Origin: an uncultured archaeon
Lineage (GTDB): Archaea > Aenigmatarchaeota > Aenigmatarchaeia > CG10238-14 > SCSR01
NCBI GenBank assembly: GCA_964586885.1
Contig: CAZPID010000001.1
Location: forward strand, 24,080 to 82,117
Length of the DNA stretch: 58,038 bases
Reading direction: 5' to 3'
The notes beneath the pieces were generated by a model. It ran no database searches. It was not told where the DNA came from and saw only the letters and a list, made by a program, of their open reading frames with translations. The translations under genes and the position numbers were made by a program. Within the stretch, counting starts at the first letter, position 1. Each line of letters starts with the position of its first letter. Shown here piece after piece: positions 35,644-44,250 of this stretch.

Positions 35644-36426
35644 ATGCCAACTTTAAATTCTAACCTGAAGTCTATTTACGAAAAATTAATTCCAGACGGA
35701 GATGTGCTAGTCTTATTGTTTCCAACAGCAGAACAAATTAAAGGACAGGGAGCAAAGATTCTAGCGGAATTTTTCAGAATAGCTAGAAGCAATCCAATTT
35801 TTGTAAGAGCAGCAGATCCTACGTCTTTGGGCAATAATGCAACTAGAGGACCAGACATATTAAGAACAACTGGTATTCAGGGAACAGGAGATGAAGTGCA
35901 TGAGATTAGAGCTGAAAAACCTTTTACGATTTATCATACAGCGATTCGATCTAATCAAAATAATGCCAACTTTAAATTAGGAATTCAAAATCCAGCCGCT
36001 CACATCTTAACAGGGATTCAACATGACTCTCAACCAAATGAGGATCTGTCGGATACCTTTGGTTGGTATCCAGATACACTAGCACAGATTGAAAACGTTC
36101 CTACTGAACTTACTGAGCAGATCTATATCCACGATATTACTGCACATTTTGCTGTTAGAAATGAAACTGGTGGAGCAATCGCAACTCATGAAATAGAGGT
36201 ACATGGCAAGGCTTATGATTTGGTGCAGATAATAGATAAGGTATTAATTGACCAAATTCTCAGGGGAGAAACTATTGGACCTAAGGTTCATTATAAAACG
36301 TTTGGCGCATTATTGCCATTTCAATTTAAAGTTCCACAAGAGTGGGAACCACCAATTCCAATATCTCCAGAACAATTTAACAAACTTGCTCGAGCTCCAT
36401 TCGCTCCTCTTGGAACTAGAGTTTAA
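35644..36426 (+). CDS. hypothetical protein (possible major virion protein)
   Basis: 260-aa track ORF with its own AT-rich upstream spacer; no motif recognised. Confidence 0.55.
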   Translation: MPTLNSNLKSIYEKLIPDGDVLVLLFPTAEQIKGQGAKILAEFFRIARSNPIFVRAADPTSLGNNATRGPDILRTTGIQGTGDEVHEIRAEKPFTIYHTAIRSNQNNANFKLGIQNPAAHILTGIQHDSQPNEDLSDTFGWYPDTLAQIENVPTELTEQIYIHDITAHFAVRNETGGAIATHEIEVHGKAYDLVQIIDKVLIDQILRGETIGPKVHYKTFGALLPFQFKVPQEWEPPIPISPEQFNKLARAPFAPLGTRV

Positions 36427-36824
36427 TGGTAGACGAAGAAGATAAATATGGTCAGTTTGATTTTATGTCAAGACATATTTTGCCAGGTATTCCAGAATTA
36501 GGAGATCTGGGAAAATTAAAATTGATAAAAAAATTTAGGCAGAATGGAATCTTTCCAGACATTCCTGGATTAGATGATATTACTGAGATTGGTAAAGGAG
36601 AATTAATAAGCAAATTTCTAAAAAGACAGAGACTACCAAAAACGGTAGAAGAAGCAAATAAAACTACCTTCGTCTTAAAAGGTTTTTTGTATGGTTCTAA
36701 TGTAATCAAAGTTTTTGCTAAAAGTAATTTAGGGAATAATCTTATCAAAACTATACCAATCATGGTAAAAGGGAGACCTACTCCAATCGTTTCACAGTTG
36801 AGAAGAGTTAAGGTAAATGGTTAG
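36426..36824 (+). CDS. hypothetical protein
   Basis: 132-aa track ORF, start overlaps the previous stop. Confidence 0.5.
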   Translation: MVDEEDKYGQFDFMSRHILPGIPELGDLGKLKLIKKFRQNGIFPDIPGLDDITEIGKGELISKFLKRQRLPKTVEEANKTTFVLKGFLYGSNVIKVFAKSNLGNNLIKTIPIMVKGRPTPIVSQLRRVKVNG

Positions 36825-37191
36825 TCTTCCTAAAAGTATTGAAGACAAAATTGGCACAATAATAGTAGATACGACTGAAGAAAAATTTACGAAGGATCAG
36901 ACTTTCTATGTTGATAAGACGAAGTTTGGATTAGTACCATGTAAAGATTGTAATTACTTTCTGGAGAATGAAGAAGATCCTAGTAAATCTAAATGTGAAA
37001 AAGTTTCAGAGTCAGGTGGAAGTAATTATATTATGGCAGGAGGAACTTGTACAATTTGGAATGGTACAACCGCTAGAATAAAAATAATTGCAAAGATCCA
37101 TGGAAGAGGAGAGAAGAAAGGAATATTGCCAGGAAAAATTAGAGAGAAAATTTTATCACAAGCACGTGAAATTCTTTATCCTACCATGTAA
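36817..37191 (+). CDS. hypothetical protein
   Basis: 124-aa track ORF. Confidence 0.5.
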   Translation: MVSLPKSIEDKIGTIIVDTTEEKFTKDQTFYVDKTKFGLVPCKDCNYFLENEEDPSKSKCEKVSESGGSNYIMAGGTCTIWNGTTARIKIIAKIHGRGEKKGILPGKIREKILSQAREILYPTM

Positions 37192-37225
37192 AAGAGTTTT
37201 TTTATCGCTAAAAACAATATAGACT

Positions 37226-37780
37226 ATGCCACATATTTTGTCTTCGTCCGCTTTAGATTTATTATATAAATTGGAAGTGGATGGGAGAGCTATACCAATA
37301 ATTGATAATTTTGATACTGAGATTCCCGCTGGTGCTTCACGAACCATAACATTTGATAGGAAAACCTTAGGAAAAGATCACGCAATACCAGATAATGCTG
37401 TCTTCTTTATGGTTCTACAGGAAATAATTAACGATCCTCTTTTAGCAACCATTGAATCAACTTTTGAGTTTCTTCCTCCTGTACCACGTTTGAAAATTAC
37501 TAGAACATCAAGAGGACAAACGACTACTCTTCCTACTGTTTTCCTTCCTCAAACCAAAGCCACTCTTATTTTAACTGCTCCTGCCGGGATTAGTGTGGGG
37601 GTTACAGTAACGACAATTATAGATGTAATTGCTCAAGAAGATGTACAACTTTTTGTTTTGTTAGGCCAGAGACTTTTACAACAGTTAGAAGAGATTAGAG
37701 CAACTGGACTAACTCCAACAGTCGTTGAACCCCGAGAAAGTATTGTAGGTTCAGAATTGTTGTCGGTGAAGGAGACTTGA
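37226..37780 (+). CDS. hypothetical protein
   Basis: 184-aa track ORF. Confidence 0.5.
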   Translation: MPHILSSSALDLLYKLEVDGRAIPIIDNFDTEIPAGASRTITFDRKTLGKDHAIPDNAVFFMVLQEIINDPLLATIESTFEFLPPVPRLKITRTSRGQTTTLPTVFLPQTKATLILTAPAGISVGVTVTTIIDVIAQEDVQLFVLLGQRLLQQLEEIRATGLTPTVVEPRESIVGSELLSVKET

Positions 37781-37784
37781 TTAT

Positions 37785-38165
37785 ATGTCATTAGTTGCGT
37801 TTACCAGTATAGGAATAGGTCCAAGAGAAATGCAAAGGAGATTACAAGATATGACCTTACCAGTCCAGATTTCGACGGCAGTTGCTTTAGGGGCGAGTGC
37901 AAGTTTTACCAGTGCTTTTTTTACTGCAATTGATGCTACTTCTATTATAGGATTAATTATTGGAGATCAGACTGGAACCTTTGTGATTCAGTGGTCTAGT
38001 GATGGAGTAGCCGTAGAAGGAGAAGATGGTCCCTTTACTCATAATGCCAACGATTTAACTGCTTTTGAAAGGCCACAGTTTGCTGAATTTTATAGAGTTG
38101 TTTATACCAACGGAACTACGCCACAGACTTCCTTTAAGTTGACAGCGTCTAAAAGGAAGCACTAA
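37785..38165 (+). CDS. hypothetical protein
   Basis: 126-aa track ORF. Confidence 0.5.
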   Translation: MSLVAFTSIGIGPREMQRRLQDMTLPVQISTAVALGASASFTSAFFTAIDATSIIGLIIGDQTGTFVIQWSSDGVAVEGEDGPFTHNANDLTAFERPQFAEFYRVVYTNGTTPQTSFKLTASKRKH

Positions 38166-38470
38166 TGGCACAAACAGTTACCAAATTTAGATGTCCTACT
38201 TGTAACAAAGTCTTCGATGAAAAGCCAGAATATTGTGATCAATGTGGAACAGTTACCATATTGGAACAAGTCTTTAGAACATATAACTGTAAAAAATGTG
38301 GTAATAAATTTGAAAGTTCGATGTATCATGATTCATGTCCAAAATGTGGAGCCACTTTATTTGATGATGAATGTACCATTTGTGGTAGGAAAATTATTCC
38401 AGGAAAAGAAAGTTATATTACTGACGGAAAAGGAAAGGCTATGCATCAGATATGCGTTGAGAAGAAATAA
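38165..38470 (+). CDS. tandem zinc-ribbon protein
   Basis: 101 aa with CPTC, CDQC, CKKC, CPKC and CTIC. Confidence 0.55.
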   Translation: MAQTVTKFRCPTCNKVFDEKPEYCDQCGTVTILEQVFRTYNCKKCGNKFESSMYHDSCPKCGATLFDDECTICGRKIIPGKESYITDGKGKAMHQICVEKK

Positions 38471-38631
38471 TATTATTACTTAAAATTTTTTAATAATTAT
38501 TGATGGATTTTCAAAAAAAGGACTTAGATTTAAAAGGACAAATTTTAGATATTTTTCAACAATATAAAGAAAAGCTTAAAAAGTCATAGCATTAGAAAAA
38601 AGTATTAAGACTTGACAAAACAAGTTAAAGT

Positions 38632-39000
38632 ATGCCGTCAATCACCAAAGCAACCAATGTGACCGTTAGTGCTAATATATCTCTTGCAGCATCTGATACC
38701 AGGATTCGTCCTATGGACGATGGTAGTGTGGTTGTTACGGTAGATTTAGGAACCGTAAGAGCTGCTTTAACTTCTATTGTTCCGGGAGGTTTTACGAATA
38801 TTAGAGAGGTTGGAATTTTAGATGAATCAACTCTTGCAGTCTTTTCAATGAGGATAGTTATGCCTCAAGAAGATGCAGATGTCGATGATACTCTAGTTCA
38901 GCCAGGAGATACTTTTAGTGGTCTGATAAATGATATTCAAATTTCTAATGCATCTCTGCCGGGAGAAAGTGTAACATTGATATTATTTAGGAGATCATAA
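38632..39000 (+). CDS. hypothetical beta-rich protein
   Basis: 122-aa track ORF. Confidence 0.5.
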   Translation: MPSITKATNVTVSANISLAASDTRIRPMDDGSVVVTVDLGTVRAALTSIVPGGFTNIREVGILDESTLAVFSMRIVMPQEDADVDDTLVQPGDTFSGLINDIQISNASLPGESVTLILFRRS

Positions 39001-39002
39001 AT

Positions 39003-39146
39003 TTGGTTGAAGAGAAATGTGTGGTCTGTAAGAAAAAGGTTAAGGAAGATGATCAGAAAACCGTTTTGGTTACAGATAAGCCACATTGGATTCACTTAGT
39101 TTGTAGAAATACTTGGTTCAAGAAAAAGCATAGGTCTCGGAAATAG
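39003..39146 (+). CDS. small Cys/His protein (TTG start, below the track cutoff)
   Basis: 47 aa: (M)VEEKCVVCKKKVKEDDQKTVLVTDKPHWIHLVCRNTWFKKKHRSRK. Confidence 0.3.
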   Translation: MVEEKCVVCKKKVKEDDQKTVLVTDKPHWIHLVCRNTWFKKKHRSRK

Positions 39147-39189
39147 AGCAGTGATTGGAGATAAATACCTTTAAATCTCGAATATATGT

Positions 39190-39615
39190 TTGAAAATTAT
39201 GCTAAATACTAAATCGCCAAAAAGAACTTCCTATATGCTTTCAGCAACATTAATACTGATTTCGGTATTTACTGTTTCAGCCATAGGATTAGTTTATGGA
39301 CTTGAGGAGACCGAGGAACCAGAAATCGTCTTTTCTGAGTTTCAGTTTGCTATAATTGGTATAGGTGGCTTTGCTGGTTTAGTGACTGCATATAATGGAT
39401 ATGTAAAGAACAAACGCCAACAAGGGGAAAAATTTGTCTTCGATAGAACAAAATTCTTGGATAGACTTTTCATGGCTGTTATTTGGTCCATCCCACTAGC
39501 AATAGCAGAATCGGCTAATATAGTAGTGCTAGATCTGTTTGGTGCTTGGTTGATCTTTGGAACAGCACTTGGAATGGCAGAGCTAACAATGGAAGTTCGA
39601 GGAAGAAGAGGCTAA
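39190..39615 (+). CDS. membrane protein (about 4 TM helices)
   Basis: 141 aa with four hydrophobic stretches, e.g. MLSATLILISVFTVSAIGLVYGL and VVLDLFGAWLIFGTALGMA. Confidence 0.55.
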   Translation: MKIMLNTKSPKRTSYMLSATLILISVFTVSAIGLVYGLEETEEPEIVFSEFQFAIIGIGGFAGLVTAYNGYVKNKRQQGEKFVFDRTKFLDRLFMAVIWSIPLAIAESANIVVLDLFGAWLIFGTALGMAELTMEVRGRRG

Positions 39616-39630
39616 TAATCTTCCCTTTAA

Positions 39631-39638
39631 TTTTTTTT
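39631..39638 (+). terminator. oligo-T tract
   Basis: T8 run 16 nt after the stop at 39615. Confidence 0.3.
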
Positions 39639-39655
39639 ACGGAAATTCTATATTG

Positions 39656-39687
39656 AGGTAGAAATTATCTCAAATATAATTTCTCCT
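39656..39687. repeat. inverted repeat / hairpin
   Basis: AGAAATTAT-ctcaaat-ATAATTTCT (39660..39684), extendable by AGG/CCT with one bulged T. Confidence 0.5.
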
Positions 39688-39721
39688 TATTGGTTATACA
39701 ACAATACAATAAATTTTTTTA

Positions 39722-41710
39722 GTGAGTTTAAGTAGAAAAATAGAGATGTCGTCTAAAATTCATTTCGATCCAAGAGATCCAAGATCGGATATACAGAAAC
39801 AATTTCGTAAAGATCGAAGGATTAAAGCAAAGACTAGATTATTAAATAGTACTCCTCCTCGCATTAAAGCATTTCCAGGGGCGGATATTTCTATACAGTT
39901 ATCTCCATCTCAGCCTAGTTTTAAAAAGGACTTTACTGTTTCAGGGACTGTAACAGTTTTTGCATTTCCTATTCCTGGAACAGAAGTTAGTTTACTTATG
40001 AATGGTGAAGTTGTTCAAAGGGGTAAAACTGACCTACTTGGTAATTATGATCTTAGAAGTACTATCGGCCAATTTGGAAAGTTTACTTTTCAGACACATG
40101 CAGCAGTTACAATTTTAGAAGCAGTAAGTGATATTATAGAAATTGAAATCCTTCCGAAAGTTATCCTTAAATTCGATCCTCGTAGTCCTTCAGTTGGTGA
40201 TTCGGTCCAAGGTTCGATCAGTATTACTGATGGTACCGGAATTCCTGTTTCTATACCATATGAGATAGATATTATAGATCCTGATAATTTAGAAGCTAAG
40301 CAACTTGGAGTAACAGACAGGAATGGGCATGATACTTTTGCTTTTAATGCAATCAAGTCTGGCATTTGGAGATTTATAACAAAAGTAGATTTGGCAGTAC
40401 AAGAATTTAGGTTAGATGTTGCAGAAGAAGAAAGAGTAACTCCAAAAGTAAGTATTTCATTTAGTCCTTCTAATCCAGTATTTGGTGATAATGTTAGAGC
40501 TACTATTGTTATATCCGATCTAGATACAGGAGGTCCGCTGGCTGGAATGAATTATGCTTACGAAGTCTTTGATCCCGACAATAATTTAACCATTAATGGC
40601 GTTGGGCAGACAGACGCTTCTGGAACTGACGATTTTACTTTTCAGGTCCCTCGTTCTGGAACATGGAATGTTAGAATTATAGTATTAGGAACAGAATTTG
40701 TTAGGAGTTTATTTGTTAGTTCCGCTCCTCCTGTAGACGGACCTCCTCCTCCTCCTCCTCCCCCCCCTCCTTCCCCAGTAGAGCCTCCACCTCCAACTAC
40801 CGATCCATTAGAGGTAAGTAGTTTTACTGCTCAGCCAATGCAGGGAGAGATTCCATTTAATGTAAAATTTAATATAGCAGTTTTAGGAGGAGTACCTCCT
40901 TTTGCTTATGCTATCTCTTATGGCGATGGAAGGAGTGACTTGAAAGAAAATATATCTGCTAGATCGACGGACTTTATACATCCATATGAAAAGCAAGGAA
41001 TACATAAAGCATCTGCTACTATAATAGACGCTAGTGGTAGTGCTAGATCTACTCAAGAAATATTTATACAGGCAGAAGCAGCAGGTATAGCGGGCCCACC
41101 GCAGGATGGAGATGTCAGGATAAAAGTTTTAAGTTTGGTCGGCGGTGCAGGTAGTTTTCAAGCAGATGTTGAATATATTAATACTCGGAAAGATATTGCG
41201 ATTGATGGTTTTAGATATCTTTCAGTTTTTAGAGATGGAGAAAATATTGGATGGGATAAAAAGGCTATTTTAATTCCTGAAAGTAGTGTCGTAGGTATCA
41301 CCTACAAAGCACAAAATCTACCTCCAGGCACTTATACTCTCTTTTTTAATCACTCAGATAAGGAACTCGAAGCGTGGGCGGCACAGGTGGAAGTTTCAGT
41401 AACAATAGCGGGCCCACCGCCAACTACCGTTCCATTAGGAACACTTAATTTTAGTGGTCAGCCTCCTCTTGAAGGCGAGGCTCCATTATATATTACATTT
41501 ACTATGGGAGTTGATACAGGTATCTCTCCTTATACTTTTGTTATTAGTTTTGGTGATGGAAAGAGTGACATCAAACATGATGAAGAAGGAGTATTGGTAG
41601 GATTTGTACATGTGTATGAAAAACCAGGAATATATAAAGCATCTGCTACTGTAACAGACGGTGGTGGTAGGACTAGTTCTAGTCGAGAAGAAATTATACA
41701 GGCAAAGTAG
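39722..41710 (+). CDS. large surface/adhesin-like protein: Ig-like repeats, poly-Pro hinge, two PKD-like domains
   Basis: 662 aa. Tandem Ig-like repeats (KVILKFDPRSPSVGDSVQG... / KVSISFSPSNPVFGDNVRA...), a PPPPPPPPPPSPVEPPPP hinge, and two PKD-like domains (ISYGDGRSD...HPYEKQGIHKASATIIDASG / ISFGDGKSD...HVYEKPGIYKASATVTDGGG). The true start may be the ATG at 39746. Confidence 0.75.
   Translation: MSLSRKIEMSSKIHFDPRDPRSDIQKQFRKDRRIKAKTRLLNSTPPRIKAFPGADISIQLSPSQPSFKKDFTVSGTVTVFAFPIPGTEVSLLMNGEVVQRGKTDLLGNYDLRSTIGQFGKFTFQTHAAVTILEAVSDIIEIEILPKVILKFDPRSPSVGDSVQGSISITDGTGIPVSIPYEIDIIDPDNLEAKQLGVTDRNGHDTFAFNAIKSGIWRFITKVDLAVQEFRLDVAEEERVTPKVSISFSPSNPVFGDNVRATIVISDLDTGGPLAGMNYAYEVFDPDNNLTINGVGQTDASGTDDFTFQVPRSGTWNVRIIVLGTEFVRSLFVSSAPPVDGPPPPPPPPPPSPVEPPPPTTDPLEVSSFTAQPMQGEIPFNVKFNIAVLGGVPPFAYAISYGDGRSDLKENISARSTDFIHPYEKQGIHKASATIIDASGSARSTQEIFIQAEAAGIAGPPQDGDVRIKVLSLVGGAGSFQADVEYINTRKDIAIDGFRYLSVFRDGENIGWDKKAILIPESSVVGITYKAQNLPPGTYTLFFNHSDKELEAWAAQVEVSVTIAGPPPTTVPLGTLNFSGQPPLEGEAPLYITFTMGVDTGISPYTFVISFGDGKSDIKHDEEGVLVGFVHVYEKPGIYKASATVTDGGGRTSSSREEIIQAK
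40742..40776 (+). repeat. 35-nt all-pyrimidine tract: (CCT)6 + C8
   Basis: cctcctcctcctcctcctcccccccctccttcccc encodes the poly-Pro hinge and stands out in an AT-rich genome. Confidence 0.9.
41087..41102 (+). repeat. 16-nt exact direct repeat ATAGCGGGCCCACCGC (copy 1; copy 2 at 41405..41420)
   Basis: Both copies encode IAGPP at module boundaries of the PKD protein, 318 nt apart. Confidence 0.9.
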
Positions 41711-41728
41711 GAGGTATTAAATAAAAAA

Positions 41729-41962
41729 TTATTTAGATTCTAATAATTTTAGTTCTTTAATTATATTCTGTAGAATAATGCCATGGGCCCTCATTTCTTT
41801 TGCCAAATTGTCCTGTGATTTAGATACTTTTTCGAAGGATTTTTCTACAGAATCTGCGGCATCATCTAACGCTTCCATAAGATTTTCTTGAGCATTAAAT
41901 AATCTTTCTGTTTGTTGTCGCATCTGCTTTCTAATTATTGAATCAAGAATTCCTATACCCAC
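41729..41962 (-). CDS. hypothetical helical protein
   Basis: 77-aa track ORF, a lone minus-strand ORF between plus-strand genes. Confidence 0.4.
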   Translation of the reverse strand: MGIGILDSIIRKQMRQQTERLFNAQENLMEALDDAADSVEKSFEKVSKSQDNLAKEMRAHGIILQNIIKELKLLESK

Positions 41963-41998
41963 AAGCCTTTTTATAACTAGTAAAGTAAAAAGTTTTAA

Positions 41999-42349
41999 AT
42001 GGCCTTCATCCCTACTGGGCAGATTATCAAAGGTGGCGTTGATGCAATTGATGTTAGTGTAGAAAAAGATTTTACAATTTACACACTATTAGTGTCTGCT
42101 CCACTTGAAAAGATGGCTATCCTTAGGACGAAGTTATGGGGTTTAGCATTTTTTCCTCCAAGAAATTTAGAAATAGTTTCTATAGAAAATATTGTAGATA
42201 ATCCAATTTTTAAGCAATGGAAAGTTATGGCGAAAACTCCAAGAAAGAGAGGCATTAAGGAAGGCGAAGAACCCGATGAGGAGGAACCAGATGATGAAGA
42301 AGAAGAAGAAGATGAAGAAGAAGATAAAGATGAGGAAGAAAAGAAATGA
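41999..42349 (+). CDS. hypothetical protein with poly-acidic C-terminal tail
   Basis: 116 aa; tail EGEEPDEEEPDDEEEEEDEEEDKDEEEKK; TATA-like TTTTATAA about 25 nt upstream. Confidence 0.5.
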   Translation: MAFIPTGQIIKGGVDAIDVSVEKDFTIYTLLVSAPLEKMAILRTKLWGLAFFPPRNLEIVSIENIVDNPIFKQWKVMAKTPRKRGIKEGEEPDEEEPDDEEEEEDEEEDKDEEEKK

Positions 42350-42606
42350 GCATGCCAAAAGAAAGTGATGAAATGAAGCAAGTCAGGACGTTGATCCGTA
42401 GAGATCCATTTTTTCTTAATGTATTACTTGAAACAAAACCGTTATTAATTGACTTCCCATTTAGAAAAAATGTGTTAGTAAGAATGCGAGACATTGCAGC
42501 AATTGTTAGAGATCCTGGATATCAAAATTTCTCTGCGGCTGGAATTTTAGTAAGTTTACTTGTTAAATCTTTTAGACCTGTAATGGGTTTGCAGGAGGCG
42601 ACTTAG
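42346..42606 (+). CDS. hypothetical protein
   Basis: 86-aa track ORF with an ATGA junction. Confidence 0.45.
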   Translation: MSMPKESDEMKQVRTLIRRDPFFLNVLLETKPLLIDFPFRKNVLVRMRDIAAIVRDPGYQNFSAAGILVSLLVKSFRPVMGLQEAT

Positions 42607-43017
42607 ATGATCGGTGATAATGTAGTCAAGGCTCTTAACCAAGCAAGATCAGGAACAGGAATTCGTGGACAAGTAGTAAAAAGAATTGAACACCTTCCAG
42701 GAAATATAGGAATAGGAAGTACTATACAAGACCTGATAAGCAAGGGGCCATTATCACTTCTTACAGGTACAGGATTACTTGGTGGACAAAGAAGTGGCAG
42801 GAAACTGTTAAAAAGTTCTACTAAGACAAAAACTAGACGAACTAAAACTGTTAAGTATTCAACCACAAAAAAAAGAAGAAGGAAACAAAAAAAGAAACAA
42901 ATAGAAACTTCTGGACAAAGGACAAAAACAAGTCGTCATCCAAAACGTCGCTCAGCTCCTAAAAAGAGAAGAAAGTCTACTCGGCGTAAGAGTACTAGAA
43001 AACGTCGGAAAAGGTAG
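42607..43017 (+). CDS. protein with protamine-like basic C-terminal tail
   Basis: 136 aa; about 38 of the last 72 residues are K/R; ends RKSTRRKSTRKRRKR. Confidence 0.55.
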   Translation: MIGDNVVKALNQARSGTGIRGQVVKRIEHLPGNIGIGSTIQDLISKGPLSLLTGTGLLGGQRSGRKLLKSSTKTKTRRTKTVKYSTTKKRRRKQKKKQIETSGQRTKTSRHPKRRSAPKKRRKSTRRKSTRKRRKR

Positions 43018-43100
43018 TTCAAAATGATTGGGGACAGCTCAATCATTAGAAATATTCAACGAATAGATTCTTTTACTATAATTACGGACCAAGAATTATA

Positions 43101-43424
43101 ATGAATTTTGTAGTTTTCCAAGCCGTTATATCGAGATTAGAACAAATGCAGAAAAATTTACAAAGGAATAGAATGATGGGTCAGAAAGAACCGAGGTTTA
43201 CAAAGCCTACAGGTATACAGTCATTAATTTTTGACAAGAAGAAATTCACAGTTAAACAGGCAAAGAAGTGGGCTAAAGATCGTAATTTTCAATTTGGCAA
43301 AGTTGACGAAAAACCTGATACCATTCGTTTAAGACAGTTTGATCCTAAGAAATGTCAGAAGGGAACATTTAGAACAATCGATATGACTAATGGGGTTAAA
43401 GCTGTAATTTGCGTAAAAAAATAA
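43101..43424 (+). CDS. hypothetical protein
   Basis: 107-aa track ORF. Confidence 0.5.
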   Translation: MNFVVFQAVISRLEQMQKNLQRNRMMGQKEPRFTKPTGIQSLIFDKKKFTVKQAKKWAKDRNFQFGKVDEKPDTIRLRQFDPKKCQKGTFRTIDMTNGVKAVICVKK

Positions 43425-43488
43425 AATGTTCGTTCAGGGATTTTAGGCAAAGAACTTAATTAACCATAATGATATCAATTATTTAAGG

Positions 43489-44250
43489 ATGACCCAAATT
43501 CGATCTCATATGGTAGATAAAAAAGTGGATTATTTAGGAACTGGAAATCCTAATTGGAAAGGAGGAAGGCAGAATACGAATTGTATTATTTGTGGCAGGA
43601 TAGTCTATATTGGTCCTAAATATAAAAATAAGAGGATTCATTGTTCTAGAATATGCTGGGGTATAACTAGAAAGAATGAAATGTTGAATGGACAATTTAA
43701 GATTCCCATGTATAAAGTTCATCCTAGAGGGATGCTGGGTAAGTCTCATTCTAAATATACTAGGAAATTGATTTCGAAGAAACTTAAAGGCAGGAGGCCA
43801 CATAATAAATATCACCTTATTGGTAGGTATGGTAACGATAATCCAGCAACTAGACCAGAGGTAAGAGAAAAGATTAGGATAGCTAGGTTAAAACAAAAAA
43901 TGCCTACTAAAGATACTAATATTGAAAAAATAATTAAACACAAATTAGAAATTTATCATATCAAATATCAACAGAATTCTCCAATCGAAAATCTGTGTCA
44001 ACCAGACTTTGTAATAGAAAGTAGAAAAGTAGCAATCTTTGCCGATGGATGTTATTGGCATGGATGTCCAATTCATTGTCCTGATAGGGCAGAAAGGAGG
44101 TTGAGAGATCAAAATCTTACTAATTTATTAGTTTCAAAAGGGTGGATGGTCCTACGATTTTGGGAACATGACATTTTAGATAATCTAGAATATATTGAAG
44201 ATATTCTACAGAGGACCCTAGGAATGGAAAGATATGTCAAAAATTCCTAG
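43489..44250 (+). CDS. free-standing homing-endonuclease-like protein (paralogue 3, Vsr-like)
   Basis: CIICG...CSRIC zinc ribbon; basic NUMOD-like repeats; Vsr hallmark QPDFVIESRKVAIFADGCYWHGCPIHCP...VLRFWEHD. Confidence 0.7.
   Translation: MTQIRSHMVDKKVDYLGTGNPNWKGGRQNTNCIICGRIVYIGPKYKNKRIHCSRICWGITRKNEMLNGQFKIPMYKVHPRGMLGKSHSKYTRKLISKKLKGRRPHNKYHLIGRYGNDNPATRPEVREKIRIARLKQKMPTKDTNIEKIIKHKLEIYHIKYQQNSPIENLCQPDFVIESRKVAIFADGCYWHGCPIHCPDRAERRLRDQNLTNLLVSKGWMVLRFWEHDILDNLEYIEDILQRTLGMERYVKNS

Noticed and set aside
33292-38640. Four spaced genes (33292, 35644, 37226, 38632) all start ATGCC(A/G) (Met-Pro).
   Set aside because: The shared context is only 5-6 nt and may simply reflect a Pro at position 2. 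This is too little signal to interpret.
40800-41710. Diversity-generating retroelement (template/variable repeat pair) suggested by the two similar PKD-coding repeats.
   Set aside because: There is no reverse transcriptase gene in the window, and differences between the repeats are not confined to adenine positions.
42079-42494. Three overlapping minus-strand ORFs with poly-Ser/Phe/Leu products.
   Set aside because: They are reverse-frame readings of the GAA/GAT repeat that encodes the acidic tail of 41999..42349.
42346-43017. ORFs 42346..42606 and 42607..43017 are in the same frame and directly adjacent (TAG then ATG), a possible readthrough fusion.
   Set aside because: Simple adjacency in the same frame has a one-in-three chance, and the downstream ORF has its own ATG immediately after the stop. 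Nothing else suggests recoding.
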